NCBI RefSeq assembly: GCF_021869535.1 | Contig: NW_026262690.1 | Span: forward strand, 114,886,001-114,950,000 | Direction: 5' to 3' | Source: Mytilus californianus | Lineage: Eukaryota | Length of the DNA: 64,000 nucleotides | Shown: positions 1 through 15,600 of the stretch, in pieces | Layout of the letters: each line of letters opens with the position of its first letter | Position numbering within the stretch: the first letter of the stretch is position 1 | Position numbers and translations under genes: made by a program | Notes under the pieces: model-generated | Seen by the model: only the letters and a program-made list of their open reading frames with translations | Told to the model about the DNA's origin: nothing | Database searches by the model: none

Positions 1-129
1 ATTTTAAATAGTCTTATTAAATATAAATAAACAATTCTTTTTATACTGAAACTGACATTCTGGATTTGGTCATAACAAATGGGCACAAATAGTCATGGAC
101 AATCTCCAATAATAAATAAAAATAAATGG

Positions 130-385
130 GGAATGTGTCCATGGGACACAGATGATGCCCCTGCTTGCATATAACGTTATAAAGGGACATAACTCAAGAA
201 TGGTAAAAGTGATGCTACCCAAAATCATACTTGATCTGAGTTTTGTGGTAAATAAGCATTGTGTATAAGTTTCATAACATTTGGTTGAGACAAACTAAAG
301 TTAGAGAATGGAAACCAATTTCGGGATGTACAGATGGACAAGGGTAAAACTTAATGTCCCCTCTACTACGACGGGGGCATAAAAA
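130..385 (-). mobile_element. Short HINE-type element (family C); related copies at 38968-39166, ~41650-41948, 49993-50273 and 58218-58495
   Basis: Shared 5' TTTTTATGCCCC..GGGGC hairpin, a (GTCT/GTTC) microsatellite, and a 3' CATCTGTGTCCCATGGACACATTC or GGGGCATC..TCTTGTTT end. Inserted in T-runs. Confidence 0.7.
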
Positions 386-677
386 CATATATCTTATAAA
401 TTTTTTATTCAAGGTTCTGGAAGCAGTCATACTTCAAATGACTGAAATGAAATTACAAATTTCAGTCAAATTGAATGTTCTTCAACTCCCTTTAGTCATA
501 AATTACATTTTTTGGTATCTGCTACTAATCTTAATTTAAATGCTTTTCCAATATTACAATTGCCACAAAAAATTTACCCCACCTTCAAATACTTGGAAAT
601 ATATTCCAAAAAAATTTCCAGAACCCCTGATCTTACTCTTAATGTTCAGCTTAAAATTTTATGTTTAAATTACATAC

Positions 678-3600
678 CTATTGCTACATACAGTGTAAAA
701 AGTGTAAATAGCCAGTATAAAGATTTTATTTTAGTCACCAGCCATAACCTCAGTAACCAGATATTGATAAAGTGGCCAACATTTCTAGTTATAACATTCT
801 GACCTGTAAAATATAGAAAATAATCAATTTTTAGAATTACTTTGAACTTTGTCATGAAATTGACTTCCAAGTTCCTCTAAGTTACAGGCAGCCTCGATTG
901 CAAGTATTTTTGCAAGTCATTTAAACAGTGATGTTTAAGATGCATAATTTTTTTTTAGACTTTAATTTATTAGTCTTCAACATAGACAATCTGTTCTGGT
1001 CCAACAGAAAAACCCTAATACACATCAGTGTTGTTTGCTGTTGTTTGATTGCTGTCTCAATTCAATACCCCATATCACCTTTTATTTATTCTAGAGAAAG
1101 AACAAATAGTGATAACTTTTGACCTGACTAAATATGGGCACTTCTAAAGAAAAAGTGATATGTCACGAATCGATGTCAGAACTTTTGTTATTTTTTAGAA
1201 TACATCTTGGGGGATGTTAATGTGTATTCTCCTGTGCTGTGAGAAAGGGATAGGTAAGGGTAGATGTACATGAAATAAAGAGCTGCGCCATGAGCGCATG
1301 ATACGCCTGTTACTTTTTCAAAGAATAAAGTTCCATAACTCCTCAATGTCTTATCAGAAATTTATAAAAACTATAGGGAGGTTATTTTAATAGATATAAA
1401 CCAGTCACCAAAGTTTCATGACAACTGCTCAAAGAACTTTTGAGTTATTGTCCGAAAACTGGAAAATCCACATATTTTAATGAAAAAAAAACCACAATTT
1501 AGAAACATAAAATCTAAAATTTATAAAAATCAAAAGGGAGTGCACATCAATAGATATTAACAATTCACCAAAGTTTCATGAAAACTGCTCAAAGCATTTT
1601 TTAGTTATTGTCCGAAAACTAGAAAACCCACCTTTTTTAATGAATAAAACCCCACAACTCGGAAACGTAAAATCCAAAATTTATAAAAATCGAAAAGGAG
1701 CTCATGTCAATAGATGTAAACAATTCACCAAAGTTTCATGCAAATTGGTTAGAGCATTTTTGAGTTATTGTCAGACATGTTGACAACAGTATACCATAAT
1801 ACTTCCAGTAAACCGGCGTATAAAAACATCACAAAATATATTAAAAAAACAACCACATATCAAAAGAAGAGCACTTTTGATTAAGGGATAACTGCATTGT
1901 ATTTCTATAATAAAATAAAATTAATTGCCAACATCAATCCTTGATTTTACTGTAACAAATTGAGTTTTAGGAACTGACATCTGCAAGTATTAAAATATAT
2001 TAGTTACTTTTATTCTAAAGCAATTGTCTCTTGAATGAATTTTGAGATAAACGAAAGTCACCAGGAATTTAATAGAGTATTATTGCAGTTAAGAAGTGAA
2101 TTTTACCCTGCAAAATATATAACATTGTCCAACCAAATTTGCAGTTAAAAAAATGCATTAGAATTTTGAATCTACCTTTTTACCCTGTTCTGAAGTAATC
2201 AAATGTGATGCTTTCAATATATCCCCTATTTATATGTACTTAAAATAATGAGCAACAGTTTTCCTACAGCATGGATAATCAAGGGAGATAATAGCTTTAC
2301 TTACCTTGTATAAACATGACCTGAATGTTATTTAATAACCTCAACATAAGCAGGAGGACAATATAAATCAGTATCAACATCCAGAATATGCACTGTGTCT
2401 GAAATATATATATATATTTTCCAACAATGTAAGAATTTTGATTTTTGATAACATTGGCACTTGAATTTTTAGTTATTTAATTCCCAGCCATTACCTTTTT
2501 AAAAAAAAAAAACAAGCATTCTGAAAGTATTGCATGGCAATACATAGTCCCCTACCGGTAAAAAATTCATTGTACAGGAACAAAATGCTAACTTAATCTA
2601 TATCTTGTCATGGCATAAACTATATAACAAATATCAAGTCAATATCTTCAAGCATGATGAAAAAAGTGTGGAAAACTGATTATTTAAGTGAATTTTCTAA
2701 GTCCAAGGACCATTACTCTGCACAAAATCATCAGACTGGAACAAAATTTGATCTTGATCTGTAACTTGACATGATAAAACTATAAACCAATTATCAAATC
2801 AATATTTTCAAGCATGATGAAAAAAGTGAGGAAAACTGATTATTTGAGTGAAATTTTAAGTCCAAGGACCATAACTCTGCACAAAATCATTAGACCAGAA
2901 CAAAATTCGAATTTGATCTGTAACTTGTCATGATAAAACTATGTATCAATATCTTCAAGCATGAAGAAAAAAAGTGTGGAAAACTGATTTGTAAATATGT
3001 CTTTTTATTGAAAATTTACGTGCTGGTGTTCTTTTCTTGACATCACAAATAGCTCATATATTGATTTTCCACAACAATTCAATGAAAACAGGTCAATTTC
3101 CATACGTTTATGTATAAGTTCCCATCCATGTCCACTCTGTGTGTTTGTTAGATGTATTTCTATTTGTATCCATCTGATGAGTTAAGCCTTTTTCAACTGA
3201 TTTTTATAGTTTGTTCTTATGTTGTCCAAGGTTAGGGGAGGTTTGGCGCCTTTAAACGAGTTTAACCCCACCACATTCTGTATGTGCCTGTCCCAAGTCA
3301 GGAGCCTGTAATTCAGTGGTTGTCGTTTGTTGCTGTGTAACATATTTGTTTTTCGTTCATTATTTTGTACATAAATTAGGCCGTTAGTTTTCTAGTTTGA
3401 ATTGTTTTACATTTGTCATTTCAGGACCTTTTATAGCTGACTATGCGGTATGGTATTTGCTCATTGTTGAAGGCCGTACAGTGACCTATAGTTGTTAATT
3501 TCTGTGTCATTTGGTGTCTTGTTGAGAGTTGTCTCATTGGCAATCATACCACATCTTTTTATTTTTATAGGACTGGAAACATAGAGTGCATGCATCGACA

Positions 3601-6600
3601 AAAAAGATCTTTTAACATTATCTATGTTTGTTTAACTTTTTAAACAAAACAACTTTTAATTTCTTTGAAATTCTTTTTGATTACTTTTTTTCTTTTTTTT
3701 CTCTCTTTTTTTCTTTCAATTGTTTTTTTGTTTATTTGATGTTTTTTTTTTTCATTATTTGATTACTAAAATGTATGTACCGGTATATTACTAACAAATA
3801 CTAACAGCTGTATAATTATGTTATTTACTATTAAATGTTAACGAGGCCAGGATAAGGTACCGTTACTAGTTTCCAACTAACAAATGTACAGATTTCAATA
3901 AAATATGATAAATTAAAAATAAAAAACTTTATTATAACAATTAATATATCTGAAATTGAATATTTAAGTTTGTCGAAGTCTGCACTCTATGTTTCCTAGG
4001 CCTTAATGTGGTTGAAATCCAGACGATTATGTCAACTTTCATCAAAATCTCAATATTTGACCTATTTGGGGTGTAAATTTCAATGTTTTATTACAATACC
4101 TTGACAAAAGTGGTTCCATTTCACTTTCTCACGTCTTTTCATCAACTTGAAACATCTTTTATCTTGCAAAATGAACTTGATATTCGGGGCCAAATAAGGC
4201 ACTTACCGAACATACTCCTTTGCATTGTTTAAAAGCAAGCACTCTCCAGCACCCACACTACTATTTTTTTTTAGTCATGTATGAAACAGCAAACCATTTT
4301 TAAATCAGAAATTACACTTTGAAGTATGGATTTTAAGATAAACGTTTTTAACAGACAAGGGAGGTGCATGAAACATTTGATTGGTTTTTTTCTTGCTATT
4401 ATTGTTTGCCCCATCTCCTTCCAAATTCCTTCTTGTTTTTTTTGCAAATTACAGTCAAATAATCCCTTATAATCTGATACAAATTTTTTTTATGAAAAAC
4501 TATGTTAGTAATGACTCAGTAATACACAATTTGTTACATTTGAATCTTAGGGATACAATGATATTGTACAGATTAAAAAACAAAATGCCATCATAAGTCT
4601 TGAATTATACTATTCCATTATCTGCAGGCATAAGTCAATGATTTCAGAGAGGGCAATGTTAATGTGTCTTACAATTAAATAAAAATTGGAATTTTCAAAC
4701 ATTTGAAAAGTTTTAGTTTTTGTTTTAATTGATATAGGGTAAATGTTTGATATAATCCTTTTACTTTTTCCCAAACTGAACTTGATAGAGACTCATAATC
4801 TACTGATCAACTTACTAAGTTGTATATATTGTTTGTAAGAACCATTTTGGCTAGAAAAGGAAAAGATGTCACTGTACCATCCAATGAAAAGTCTTGTTTT
4901 ACTGTCTTTAACATGTTGACTGAATCCTGAAAATACAGAATAGTTAAGGCTGAAATGTGTGTGCCAGAGGAAGGGGTAGTGATTGGTATATTAGAGAACA
5001 AAATATTATAACATGAGTGCACAGGAAATGCTGGAATGTCTTGCCTGCCTTACTTATCATGATTGAATTTCATACTATCTGAGAAACAGACATAACCATG
5101 AAAACTTAACATTGACTAAGGTCAGATGAACCCTGCTAGACAGTTGCTTTTTTAAACGACCCTTGGGACAACAATTTTCAGCATATTGATTTCAATTAGT
5201 CATGTGTATGATTATAAATAATATTGGTCATGTGTTGTTACCAATAAAGTGATTAAACTTTTAGACAAGAGTGTACACACTGAAATGTCTCGCCTGTTTT
5301 ACTTATCATTGAATTCATGTTGAAAGTCTGTAAAGGTTTCACTACAAGTATCACATAAACTTAACATTATCAATGTTCTATGAAAATGAGGTCACGGTCA
5401 GATGAACAATGCCAGACAGACATGTACACCTTACAATCATTCCATACACCAAATATAGTTGAACTATTGCTCAAAGTATCTGATAAAATGACAAATTACC
5501 AAAACTTATCATTGACCAATGAACAATGAAAATGAGGCCAAGGTCATATGAACCCTGCCAGAGATGCATGAACACCTTACAATTGTTCCATACGCTAAAT
5601 ATAACTGTCCTATTGCTTATAATATCTGAGAAATAGACCAAACCCCAAAAACTTCATTGTCCAATGAACCATGAAATTGAGTCATGGTCAGATGAAACCT
5701 GCCAGTCTGGCATTTACACCTTACAATCATTCCATACACCAAATATAATTGACCTGCTTAAAGTATCTGAGATACAGACTTGACCACTGAACTTTAACCT
5801 TGATCACTGATCCATGGAATGAGGTCGAAGTCAAGGTCAGGTGAACCCTACCTGATGGACATGTAGACGTCGCACGGAACCCATTTCCAAATATAGTTAT
5901 TCTATTACTCATAATAAGTGAGTATTTCACTTAACAAAAACACTGTCAAGCAGTTACTGAACCATGACAATTAGGTCTAGGAAAATGGACATATGACAGA
6001 TGGAAACTTGGTAACATAAGGTATCTGCATACAAGGTATGAAGCATCCAGGTCTTCTGCCTTCTGAAATATAAAGCTTTAAACAAATGGTTTACAGCGTT
6101 GCAGCCACAGGATTGTAATACCTATGTCTGGCATACTGTGACAAAAGTCGCAGGTGAGACAAAAACTATAAAATATGTTTCAAACAACAAAAAATAAAGG
6201 TTAGTATCACAGTAAGCACAGTATTGCTGTTTGGAAATTCATTGCAATTTTTAACTTAAAGAGTTTTCACAGATGTTTAAAAATGAAACAGTAGGAATTA
6301 CCAAAAATGATGGATTATCATAAATATTATATTAATTAAAGACCAAAGTATCATAGGAACAGTGTATTAAGTATTTCTCATCCCTTTATGTCTATACATC
6401 AATTGTACCTGTACTGTGACTTTAATGGTATGTAATCCATGAAGATAGCTAGCTGGGTTCCATTTTAGTGCATACAGAGGTCCCTGAACATGATGTGCTA
6501 GTCCAATCCATTTGTCATCAATATGTACATCAACTGACTGAATCTTTGCTGTAGAAAATACCAGTATTCTAAAACAAAATAAATTTATAAGAAACAAGAA

Positions 6601-9600
6601 TGTAAATATAAAAAATTCTAAATGCTGTACACCAAAGTATTTTTATATTTTTTTTTTTATCTTTTATAAATCCTTCACAATATCAATAGTACTAATAGTA
6701 CACATAATGTTTTTATGGTTTATATAAGTGATATCTGCAAATACAAAACTACAAAACTTTGGTTATGATATTATATTTATCAGAATTCTGACAAATATTT
6801 GTATGGGCTAAGATTCATTGGAAATTCAAAATTCGATTTAAACTATAACAAAAACATTATTACAACAAAACTTTCTACAAAATTAGGTATGCTTTCCATG
6901 ATGCTGGCAAGTAATGAAAGAAGAAAATGACTGAAAAATAAAACAGATAAAGGACAGGGGGATATAAGAGCCTTTCAGCTTTTGTTACATGCTCTTCTGA
7001 AGATAACATCAACATTACCTTATATAAGTTGAGTTTTTCATTCTATAAGTTGGTTCTTTAGAGGAAGTAAACAAAGCATCTTTGGGGTTAGTAATCAGGA
7101 CAACTGGCCATTCTCCGTACTTCACATCAGTAAATGACAACATATCATTATCTATAGCTAATACTCTGTATCTGAAAGATTTCAAACAAAATCATTACAT
7201 TCAAGTGATGATGGTTTTCCCAAAAATTGCCCATGCAGGACATTGATGCTTCTGTACCTTGGAGTATAGTGTATTTGTTTCCTAGACTGAATGTTATTTA
7301 AAAATAAAATAAAAGATGTAGGGCTAAAAAAAAATTTAAATTGTTTGATGTTGCCTACCTTCCCACCTAAAAATTTTATGACACAAATCGTTGCAAATTT
7401 TTTTTTTAAAGATTTTTTCCTGCTCTTATGTTGTTTTCTTGTCTAAAACATGTTACTTATGTTGTTGGCAAAACAAAAACAAAAGCCCTACCTACATACC
7501 CAACCCTACAGGGCATGGGTAGACAACATAAAACACATTTTTTTAAGGGTGGCCTAGATTGTGTAACCTATTTGACAAAAGTCTCTTAAAACATATTTTA
7601 TTATAATTGAAAAAAAGTTAAATTTTTTCTGTTTTTGTTGTAAGACATATAAATATGATTTTATTTTGTACTGTTGATGCATGATGTTTGGGAACAGATA
7701 ATACAACTGTGGATTCATTTATTTTTGTGGATTTAAGAAAACTTGCAAAACTGGATATTCATTTTGTGGTTTTATAAGTCTGCATTCAAGGCTATAGAAA
7801 TAGTGTACTTCGTTGAACATTTTAATTTGTGTTTCATGAGTACCCAAGAAATCCACGATAATTGGTATGTCACAAATAATAATGAATCCACAAAATACCT
7901 TATACCAGAGCAATATACCATAACCTTTTTTATTTTTCGAGTACATACTTGTTTAGGTTAAGATTTCATAATTTTTCTAAAATTATATGACCCCTACGAC
8001 TGTTGCGGGGCCATAAAAAAAACTCAAAGTGGGTGCGAATCAAGTTTTGATAGAATGAGAAATCCCTGCTTACAACCAATTTTATTTTAAATCAATAATC
8101 TCATTCAGCTGCCCCCTGTATGATATATTCACTCCATTCTTAATTGGGTGTGTAAAATCTGCCTACTTACAATCTGTTATCCCTCCAATCACCCAGTTCT
8201 AGCTCTATTGTCCCTGTATTATGTCTTGTGTACATCCTGGTCAGTAAACCATTGAGGGTATGAAGATGTCCACAAAGGTAATAAGCTGCATCCCTGTTAA
8301 TCAATTCAGTAAACATTTAAATCACATATTGCACATTTTGAACTTTGATTCTAAAATTAATTATTTGTTCATGAGTCATTAGAAGTTAAGCAAATGAAGT
8401 CTAATTGGCTGTCACTGAAAGAGCAACGTCAAAGACATGTTGTAAATATACTACTTTAATGCAATGTGTATATAGAATCAATAAAGAACTTTTTAATTGT
8501 TTTTGATACTGACTTTATAACTGTGAAATATCAAGAGAGCCTTTCAGCAACAAATTCAAAAATTCATTTGTTCATTTTATTGTTAATTGAAACAAGAGTG
8601 CACACACTGAAATGTCTCGCCTTCTTTACTAATCATTGATATTATGTTGATAGTCCTAAATATAAAGCTTTATTACAACTGTCACATAAACTTAACATTA
8701 ACCAAGTAAACTAAACATTGACCAATGAACCATGAAAATGAGGTCAAGGTCAGATGAACCATGCTAGGCAGGCATGTACAGCTAACAATTCTTCCATACA
8801 ACAAATATAGTTGACCTATTGCTTATAGTTTAAGAAAAACAGACGAAAACACAAAAACTTAACACTGAGCAATGAACCTTGAAAATGAGGTCAAGGTCAA
8901 ATAAAACCTGCGTGACTGACATATAGATCATAAAATATTTCCATACAACAAATATAGTTGAACTATTGCATATAGTATTAGAAAAAAAGACCAAAACTCA
9001 AAAACTTAACTTTGACCACTGAACCATGAAAATGAGGTCAAGGTAAGATGACACCTGCCAGCTAGACATGTACACCTTACAATCATTCCATACACCAAAT
9101 ATAGCTGACCTATTGCATGCAGTATTAGAAAAAAAGACCAAAACTCAAAAACTTAACTTTGACCACTGAACCATGAAAATGAGGTCAAGGTCAGATGACA
9201 CCTGCCAGCTAGACATGTGCACCTTACACTCATTCCATACACCAAATATAGTAGACCTATTGCATACAGTATAAGAAAAACAGACCAAAACACAAAAACT
9301 TAACTATAACCACTGAACCATGAAAATGAGGTCAAGGTCAGATGACACCTGCCAGTTGGACATGTACACCTTACAGTCCTTCCATACACCGAATATACTA
9401 GACCTATTGCTTATAGTATCTGAGATATGGACTTGACCACGAAAACTTAACCTTGTTCACTGATCCATGAAATGAGGTCGAGGTCAAGTGAAAACTGTCT
9501 GACGGGCATGAGGACCTTGCAAGGTACGCACATACCAAATATAGTTATCCTATTACTTATAATAAGAGAGAATTTAACATTACAAAAAATCTGAACTTTT

Positions 9601-12600
9601 TTTTCAAGTAGTCACTGAACCATGAAAATGAGGTCAAGGACATTGGACATGTGACTGACGGAAACTTCGTAACATGAGGCATCCATATACAAAGTATGAA
9701 GCATCCAGGTCTTCCATCTTCTAAAATATAAAGCTTTTAAGAAGTTAGCTAACGCCGCCGCCGCTGGATCGCTATCCCTATGTCGAGCTTTCTGCGACAA
9801 AAGTCGCAGGCTCGACAAAAAATTAATCAAAAATAGAAAAAAATTACTAACAAACTACTTTTGTGTGTCAAATGACGGCAAACCAGACAAGTTTAAGATC
9901 TGTCATAATAAATTAAGCATGACATTCCCTTACACAAAGAAAATAGATAAATTTCTTTTTCATATTGCATAATTTCTGCATTTTAACATTCCTTAAATAA
10001 AGCAGGCAAAATACCTGTTAATCGAAGTACTTGAATTTCTACATTTTTGGGGGCAAATCATAGTATATGTTGCATTGCTTTGAAACTGACCTAATTATCT
10101 AATCTTTTCTAACTTTCTTACACTATTTATAAGATTAAAAAGCTCGTTTAACATCACCTTCATTTAAGGAGTTAAAAATCTTTTGGTAAGCAGACAAACA
10201 TTATACATTATATTTACAGGACTGGGCAATGAGCCTGTAAATAATCATTTCAACAGAGTTTAGACAAAAAATTACTAAGGCTTCTTGCAAGGTCATGTAA
10301 TTTATTTTTCAACTTCAACCAAGAATATGCATTTAATGTATGAAAATCAGTTCACTTAATTACTTAAATGTCTTTTTATGGCCTGCAACAAAGTTGTAGG
10401 GGCCATATTGTTTTACCCTTATCTTTTATTTCGGCAAGAAACAGTTATATGGACTTTTTTTTCTAAACGCCATCACATATTGAGATGATTTTTAGTATGT
10501 GAGTCTACTATGATGAGTTACAGATCAAGTTTACATTTGGTTCCACTCCATTGGTTTTTGCTAATATTACAGGCTTTGTGAAAATAACAGTTATACAGAC
10601 AAATTTCCACTCCTAAAAATGGCTTCAAGCTTTTTTAGCGAAAGGGGCCATTCCTGTCGTTCTGACACAATCTAGTTTTATTTTCATTCGGGTAATATAT
10701 TGACTGGCAAGGTTTTCAATTTTCATTAAATGTTCAACATTCCTTTACTTACTTCATTAAATGATCTTAAATGACTCTAAATGTCTTAAAATAGAGTTCA
10801 CTTACTTCATTAAATTTCTGATATTGTTTTCCTCAGCATCTACGATAAGAGATGTAGTATAATGTCCAAACCATAGAGTCATATTGCTGGAATTCATTGC
10901 CTGTTGTGATAAATCTTGTAACTTCATCCTTCTTTCCTGTCAAAATAAATATTTAAATGGCTACAACTGACCTAATAGAAAGTACCATTACATTTCATCA
11001 CCATGACAACAAAAAAACATATAGAAATTTATTCTTTTACTTGTAGCTTAAAGAAAATATACATCTCCTTGTTCAGGAGTTACCTATAGGACAAATCTGA
11101 GGGCCAAACCTTACAGATTTAATAATGGAGTTTTTTTAAAAGTGCAAGAAAAATAGATGTATTTATACTTTTTGGTATAAATTTAGCTGAACTTGTCTTT
11201 TGTCCCTGAATGAACCAAAAAATGTAATATTTTGCAGGAACTGGTGTGATTTTTAGTAATGGCAGAAAAATTTGCATACAAATGTAAATATGTCAATTGA
11301 TTGCAGATCTTTGATAGATTAGTTTCGTCCTGATCAAGCATGCAATATGTGCCACTGGAAGTTAAGCAAACAAGAATCAATCAATATTTGATAGTTTTTG
11401 TATAATATTTTTACAACTTCTATAGACTATAGTCTTTTTAGGGCTTTTTTTCTTCTCCCTGAGTCAAGTCTTAATTAAAGACCATATTACGACCAGGTGA
11501 TATCCTTATGATTTTATCTTAATTACAAAAATAATGAAAATAAACCCCTCAGAAGATTTCATACTATACAGAATATTTATTAGTACTTACTTTATTCATA
11601 TAGCCAAAGAAATTGAAGGGTCTACGAGGTCCAGGAATGGGTGCTGCATCCATTGCTATGACTGTATAGTTCCCATAAGGCTTCACATGGGTAAAGGAAT
11701 AGGATGAAGGGTGTGTCCAACCTTGTTCAGAATACTTCCTGTTAACATATAAAATGACTGATAATTAGACCATTTTCCAGTTATGTCCTTCACCAGTTTG
11801 TCAATTATGCACGCCTTTATGGCGTCATTTACCAGATAAAGGGGATTGCCTGTATCCATGCACTATTAAAGTTCATCAAGCGTCTTTGTGATCGTATTTA
11901 TATATATATATATGCAGGATAAACTAGAAATGATTTTTGTTCTGTAGGTACTTAATCACTATGGAAAGCCAATGGGGTCAAAATTCTAAATTCGTAAATT
12001 GTCAATTTGTAACTTGTAACTGTGTAATTTGTACATTTGTGATGTGTATATTTGTTATTCTTGAATTCGTGATTTGTCAATTCAACATTTGTATATTGTT
12101 CATTAGATGCTACATTTGTGATATGTTTATTTGTAATTTGTAAATTGCTTAATTGTACATTTGTTTTTTCTAAATTTGTAGATGTCAATTAGCATTTTTG
12201 CTTTTATGTTATTTGTAAAAGCGTATTAATACTTGTAAATCGACACTTTTCTAACGGGATGATTGCAAAGTGGGTGATTTGTTCATCTGACATTTGTACA
12301 TTCATTTTATGCTACATTTCGTTTTATGATAACAGATGACGCCGCTGTCGGACTTTCAGTATCTTTCGGGAGGTTACCAGTTTAGAAGTATAGATAAATC
12401 ACAGCAGTGCTGATTATCAATGATAAGAATTTAATTTGGCGAATAATTCTTGCAATATAGCATCATATTTTTTCAACCACTCACTCAACATGGGAAGGAA
12501 GTGATGATGCCCCTAAACGGATGAATGATGTTCACTAAAACCAAAGTTTTTGATGGAAATGCAACGAACTCGAAAGTGGTCTATTGATGTTATATTGTGA

Positions 12601-15600
12601 CATCTTACAGTTGATCTACTGGTATTAAGAAAATTGAGTGTTGATTTTAACAGTTTGGCTAACACATTATACAGGTTAAACTTTTAAATCAACTGACAGT
12701 TAATGATGTGTTTTGGCTCAAATCTGTTCTGACGCATTGCATTTTCACGAATTTATAAATAAGGTTGTGTTCTCACATGTACAACTTTTAGATAATACTT
12801 AGATTTGCTGACACCTAAGGTTTTATTTTATATTATTTAGATAGCTGATAACAAATTTAGTGCTAAGGCTTGAGTGATTCCTGAAGTTTTGTTTTACCTA
12901 CTGGTTATTGAAGTTTTATTTGTTTTCAAATAACCCGCCATTCAAACATAAACAGGCATTTGCAGCTTACGAATCTGAAGAACAATGGGATCACAAGGGA
13001 TGTTAAAATAGAAAAATAGAAATAGAAAATATAAATGTTAAAATGGATTGCTAATCCAGATATAGATCGGGTTTGATTGAAACAATTTAAGCAAGAGCTG
13101 CTTTTTGCAACCATGATGGAAGTCTATGTGTGTAAATTTCTTCATAAAACAGCCAAATTCAACTTGTTATACTGACCACTAGACTTTAGAAAAAGGGTTT
13201 TTCTGAACAATTTTGATTTTTTTTAGCCTTGCTTAATTCATCACAATGATCAAGTAAGGATTTCTTATCAGACATGTGTGAATTGCATGTTTCAATTCGG
13301 TTACTGTAGTCAAATAAGAAAACAACCATTTATCCCTCCAAAATGGCAGCCAAGGGAAATAACTCAAACTCAAATTATGTCATTTGCAACCTATCCATTT
13401 AGGGCCCTATCTTGTAAATACTTTTTCTACAGAGGTCACTGCTATACAGACATACCTAAATAAGTTCCTCTTGTCAAAATCTCCTGGTACATCGAATGCA
13501 TCTGTAATATATTTAATGTTTACTTTGGATTAATGAAAAAAATAGTTACTCATGTTTGTCTAAAAACAGGAATAAATGTTGATATTAGTAAAATTCCTTC
13601 CTTTCTGTAATAAAATTTGAGAAAGTCAACACAGTTTTATGGCCAGAATAATTTCTTTTTACTATGAGTAATTTATTTTTCATAAATACATTTAGGTCTT
13701 TTAATTTGTTGGTTTACAGATTATTGATGTGAAAGATTCGGGGGGTTTGGTTAGAAAAAAGTTTAAAAGAAAATATTTCAAATATAAGACATAAATTGTA
13801 AGAGAACTACTCTGAACTTCTGCTTTATTAGTAATTACAATATTTGTGTTTTCCATTTAAATATTGTCATTATGCCTTTAATTTTAGTGGCAAACAATGT
13901 TTTCTCTCGGCTGTCATTGTCATATAAGTTGGTAAAAAGAGGCGCCTGTACTACAGTGGTTGTTGTTGGTTCATGTCTGTCATATTTGTTTTTTGTTTTG
14001 TTAGAGACTAGGCCGTAAGTTTTTCTTTTTTGAATTGTTTCACATTTTTCATGTCTGGGCCTTTTATAGCCGACTATACAGTTTGTTTTTTTTCCTCATT
14101 GTTGAAGGCCATACTGTGGCTTATAATTGCTCCAACCCACTTCATTTGGTCTGATGGTTGTATCATTGGCAATCATACCACATTTATTTTTATATGGAAC
14201 AAGAGAAGGCACTTTGAAATCTCAACTATAGGTGGGTGTCAAGTATAGTGGAAATGTAAGTGAAATTCTAAGGTATTTTAATTAATAAGGTGCATGGTAA
14301 CATTATTTTGAAAGTGCATGTTTAATTTCAATAGCCCTGAAAGATTAACATGCTTTGTTCCAACAGGAATACATTTGTGTAGTTTACAGTTATTTTTTCA
14401 TTACACATACCATGATTTCCTTTAATATCAAACCATGTTGTGTCATATGCTTGTTTACAATCATTGACAGTTCTCTGGTAAAGCTTCCACTCTTCTATAA
14501 ACTGTTTAGATCCCCGTGTATCTGCATACTTTGCATCAGTTAAATCTCCTAAAATAGTACAGTTTGAGGATTGAATTAACTCAGTACAAATGTATATATA
14601 ACTGTTTATTTATAAAAAGTGGTACCAATAATATTGAGGTACATTTTCCGTCAATAAAAGAACATTATCGAGAAAAATACATTAAACAAAATTAGATGCG
14701 AAATTCCATCTTATTATTGTAAATGGTTTGTAAAAGTGATCTGCCATGTGCAGGCATTTAAGGAGATTCAATTGAAAATTGCTCTTCCTGCCAATTTTCC
14801 ATTACATTTTTTTTAAATGTTTTGTAATCCCAGTCTAAATTTCATTCATCTTTAAAACAAGGTCTCACTTAATATCTGAGTTCTTAATCTAAACATAAAA
14901 ATTGACTTAATTTTCCACATTTTACATAAAACTTCAATGATTACAGCAATCATAAATTTTACTCAGCCGTAGATGGGTCATTTAAATGTAGAATTTCTAC
15001 CATTACATACCTGAAACTATAACAAAATCTGGCCGTATATTTGTTAGATGGGTCAGACAAAACTTTTTCAAATCAGGAGCTCTACTAAAGGCAAAAAATT
15101 TACTGATATGGATATCTGTTACCTGAAATAGAACACATATAAGTACACTCGAAACTAATGATACATCAAATGACAAATCAGGAGCTCTACTAAAGGCTGA
15201 GAATTTACTGATATGGATATCTGTTACCTGAAATAGAACATATATAAGTACACTAGAAACTAATGATACATCACATGTCAAACCTTCAGGACCATTAAAT
15301 AAAATTATAGAATTCAATTTGAACAAAATTCATTTCAGTTATCTTATGACTACTTTATATCAGTCATAACTGGCAAAGTCTAGCTGTTTCAAAATCATTG
15401 GTCTGAATGACAGGAGATATGGGGTATAACTCATGCAATAAAACGGCAGAACCAACCACAATTATAAACAAATGACAACATACAGGAATAAAACAACTAA
15501 GCTATAGCCCAATTGCTTTCTATGTTAATTTCTGCTATTACAAGCATCCATAGTTGTTTTGTCTTAAGTTCAAATAAAATGAGACATTTCATGTCGAAAC

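Noticed and set aside
9612-9830. Near-identical 72-76 aa ORFs at 9612-9830 (-) and 23885-24115 (+) (FLSSLRLLSQKARHRDSDPAAAA...)
   Set aside because: Both lie over the terminal hairpin and GCC microsatellite of HINE family B. Their similarity reflects recent transposition, and the poly-Ala comes from the microsatellite.
11937-12188. Cys-rich and Asn/Thr-rich ORFs on both strands
   Set aside because: Products of a degenerate (ATTTGT)n low-complexity tract inside TMEM62 intron 4; no splice or domain support.
12900-13130. Short coding-like fragments in TMEM62 intron 4
   Set aside because: Stops in every frame; the TMEM62 frame is already continuous without them.
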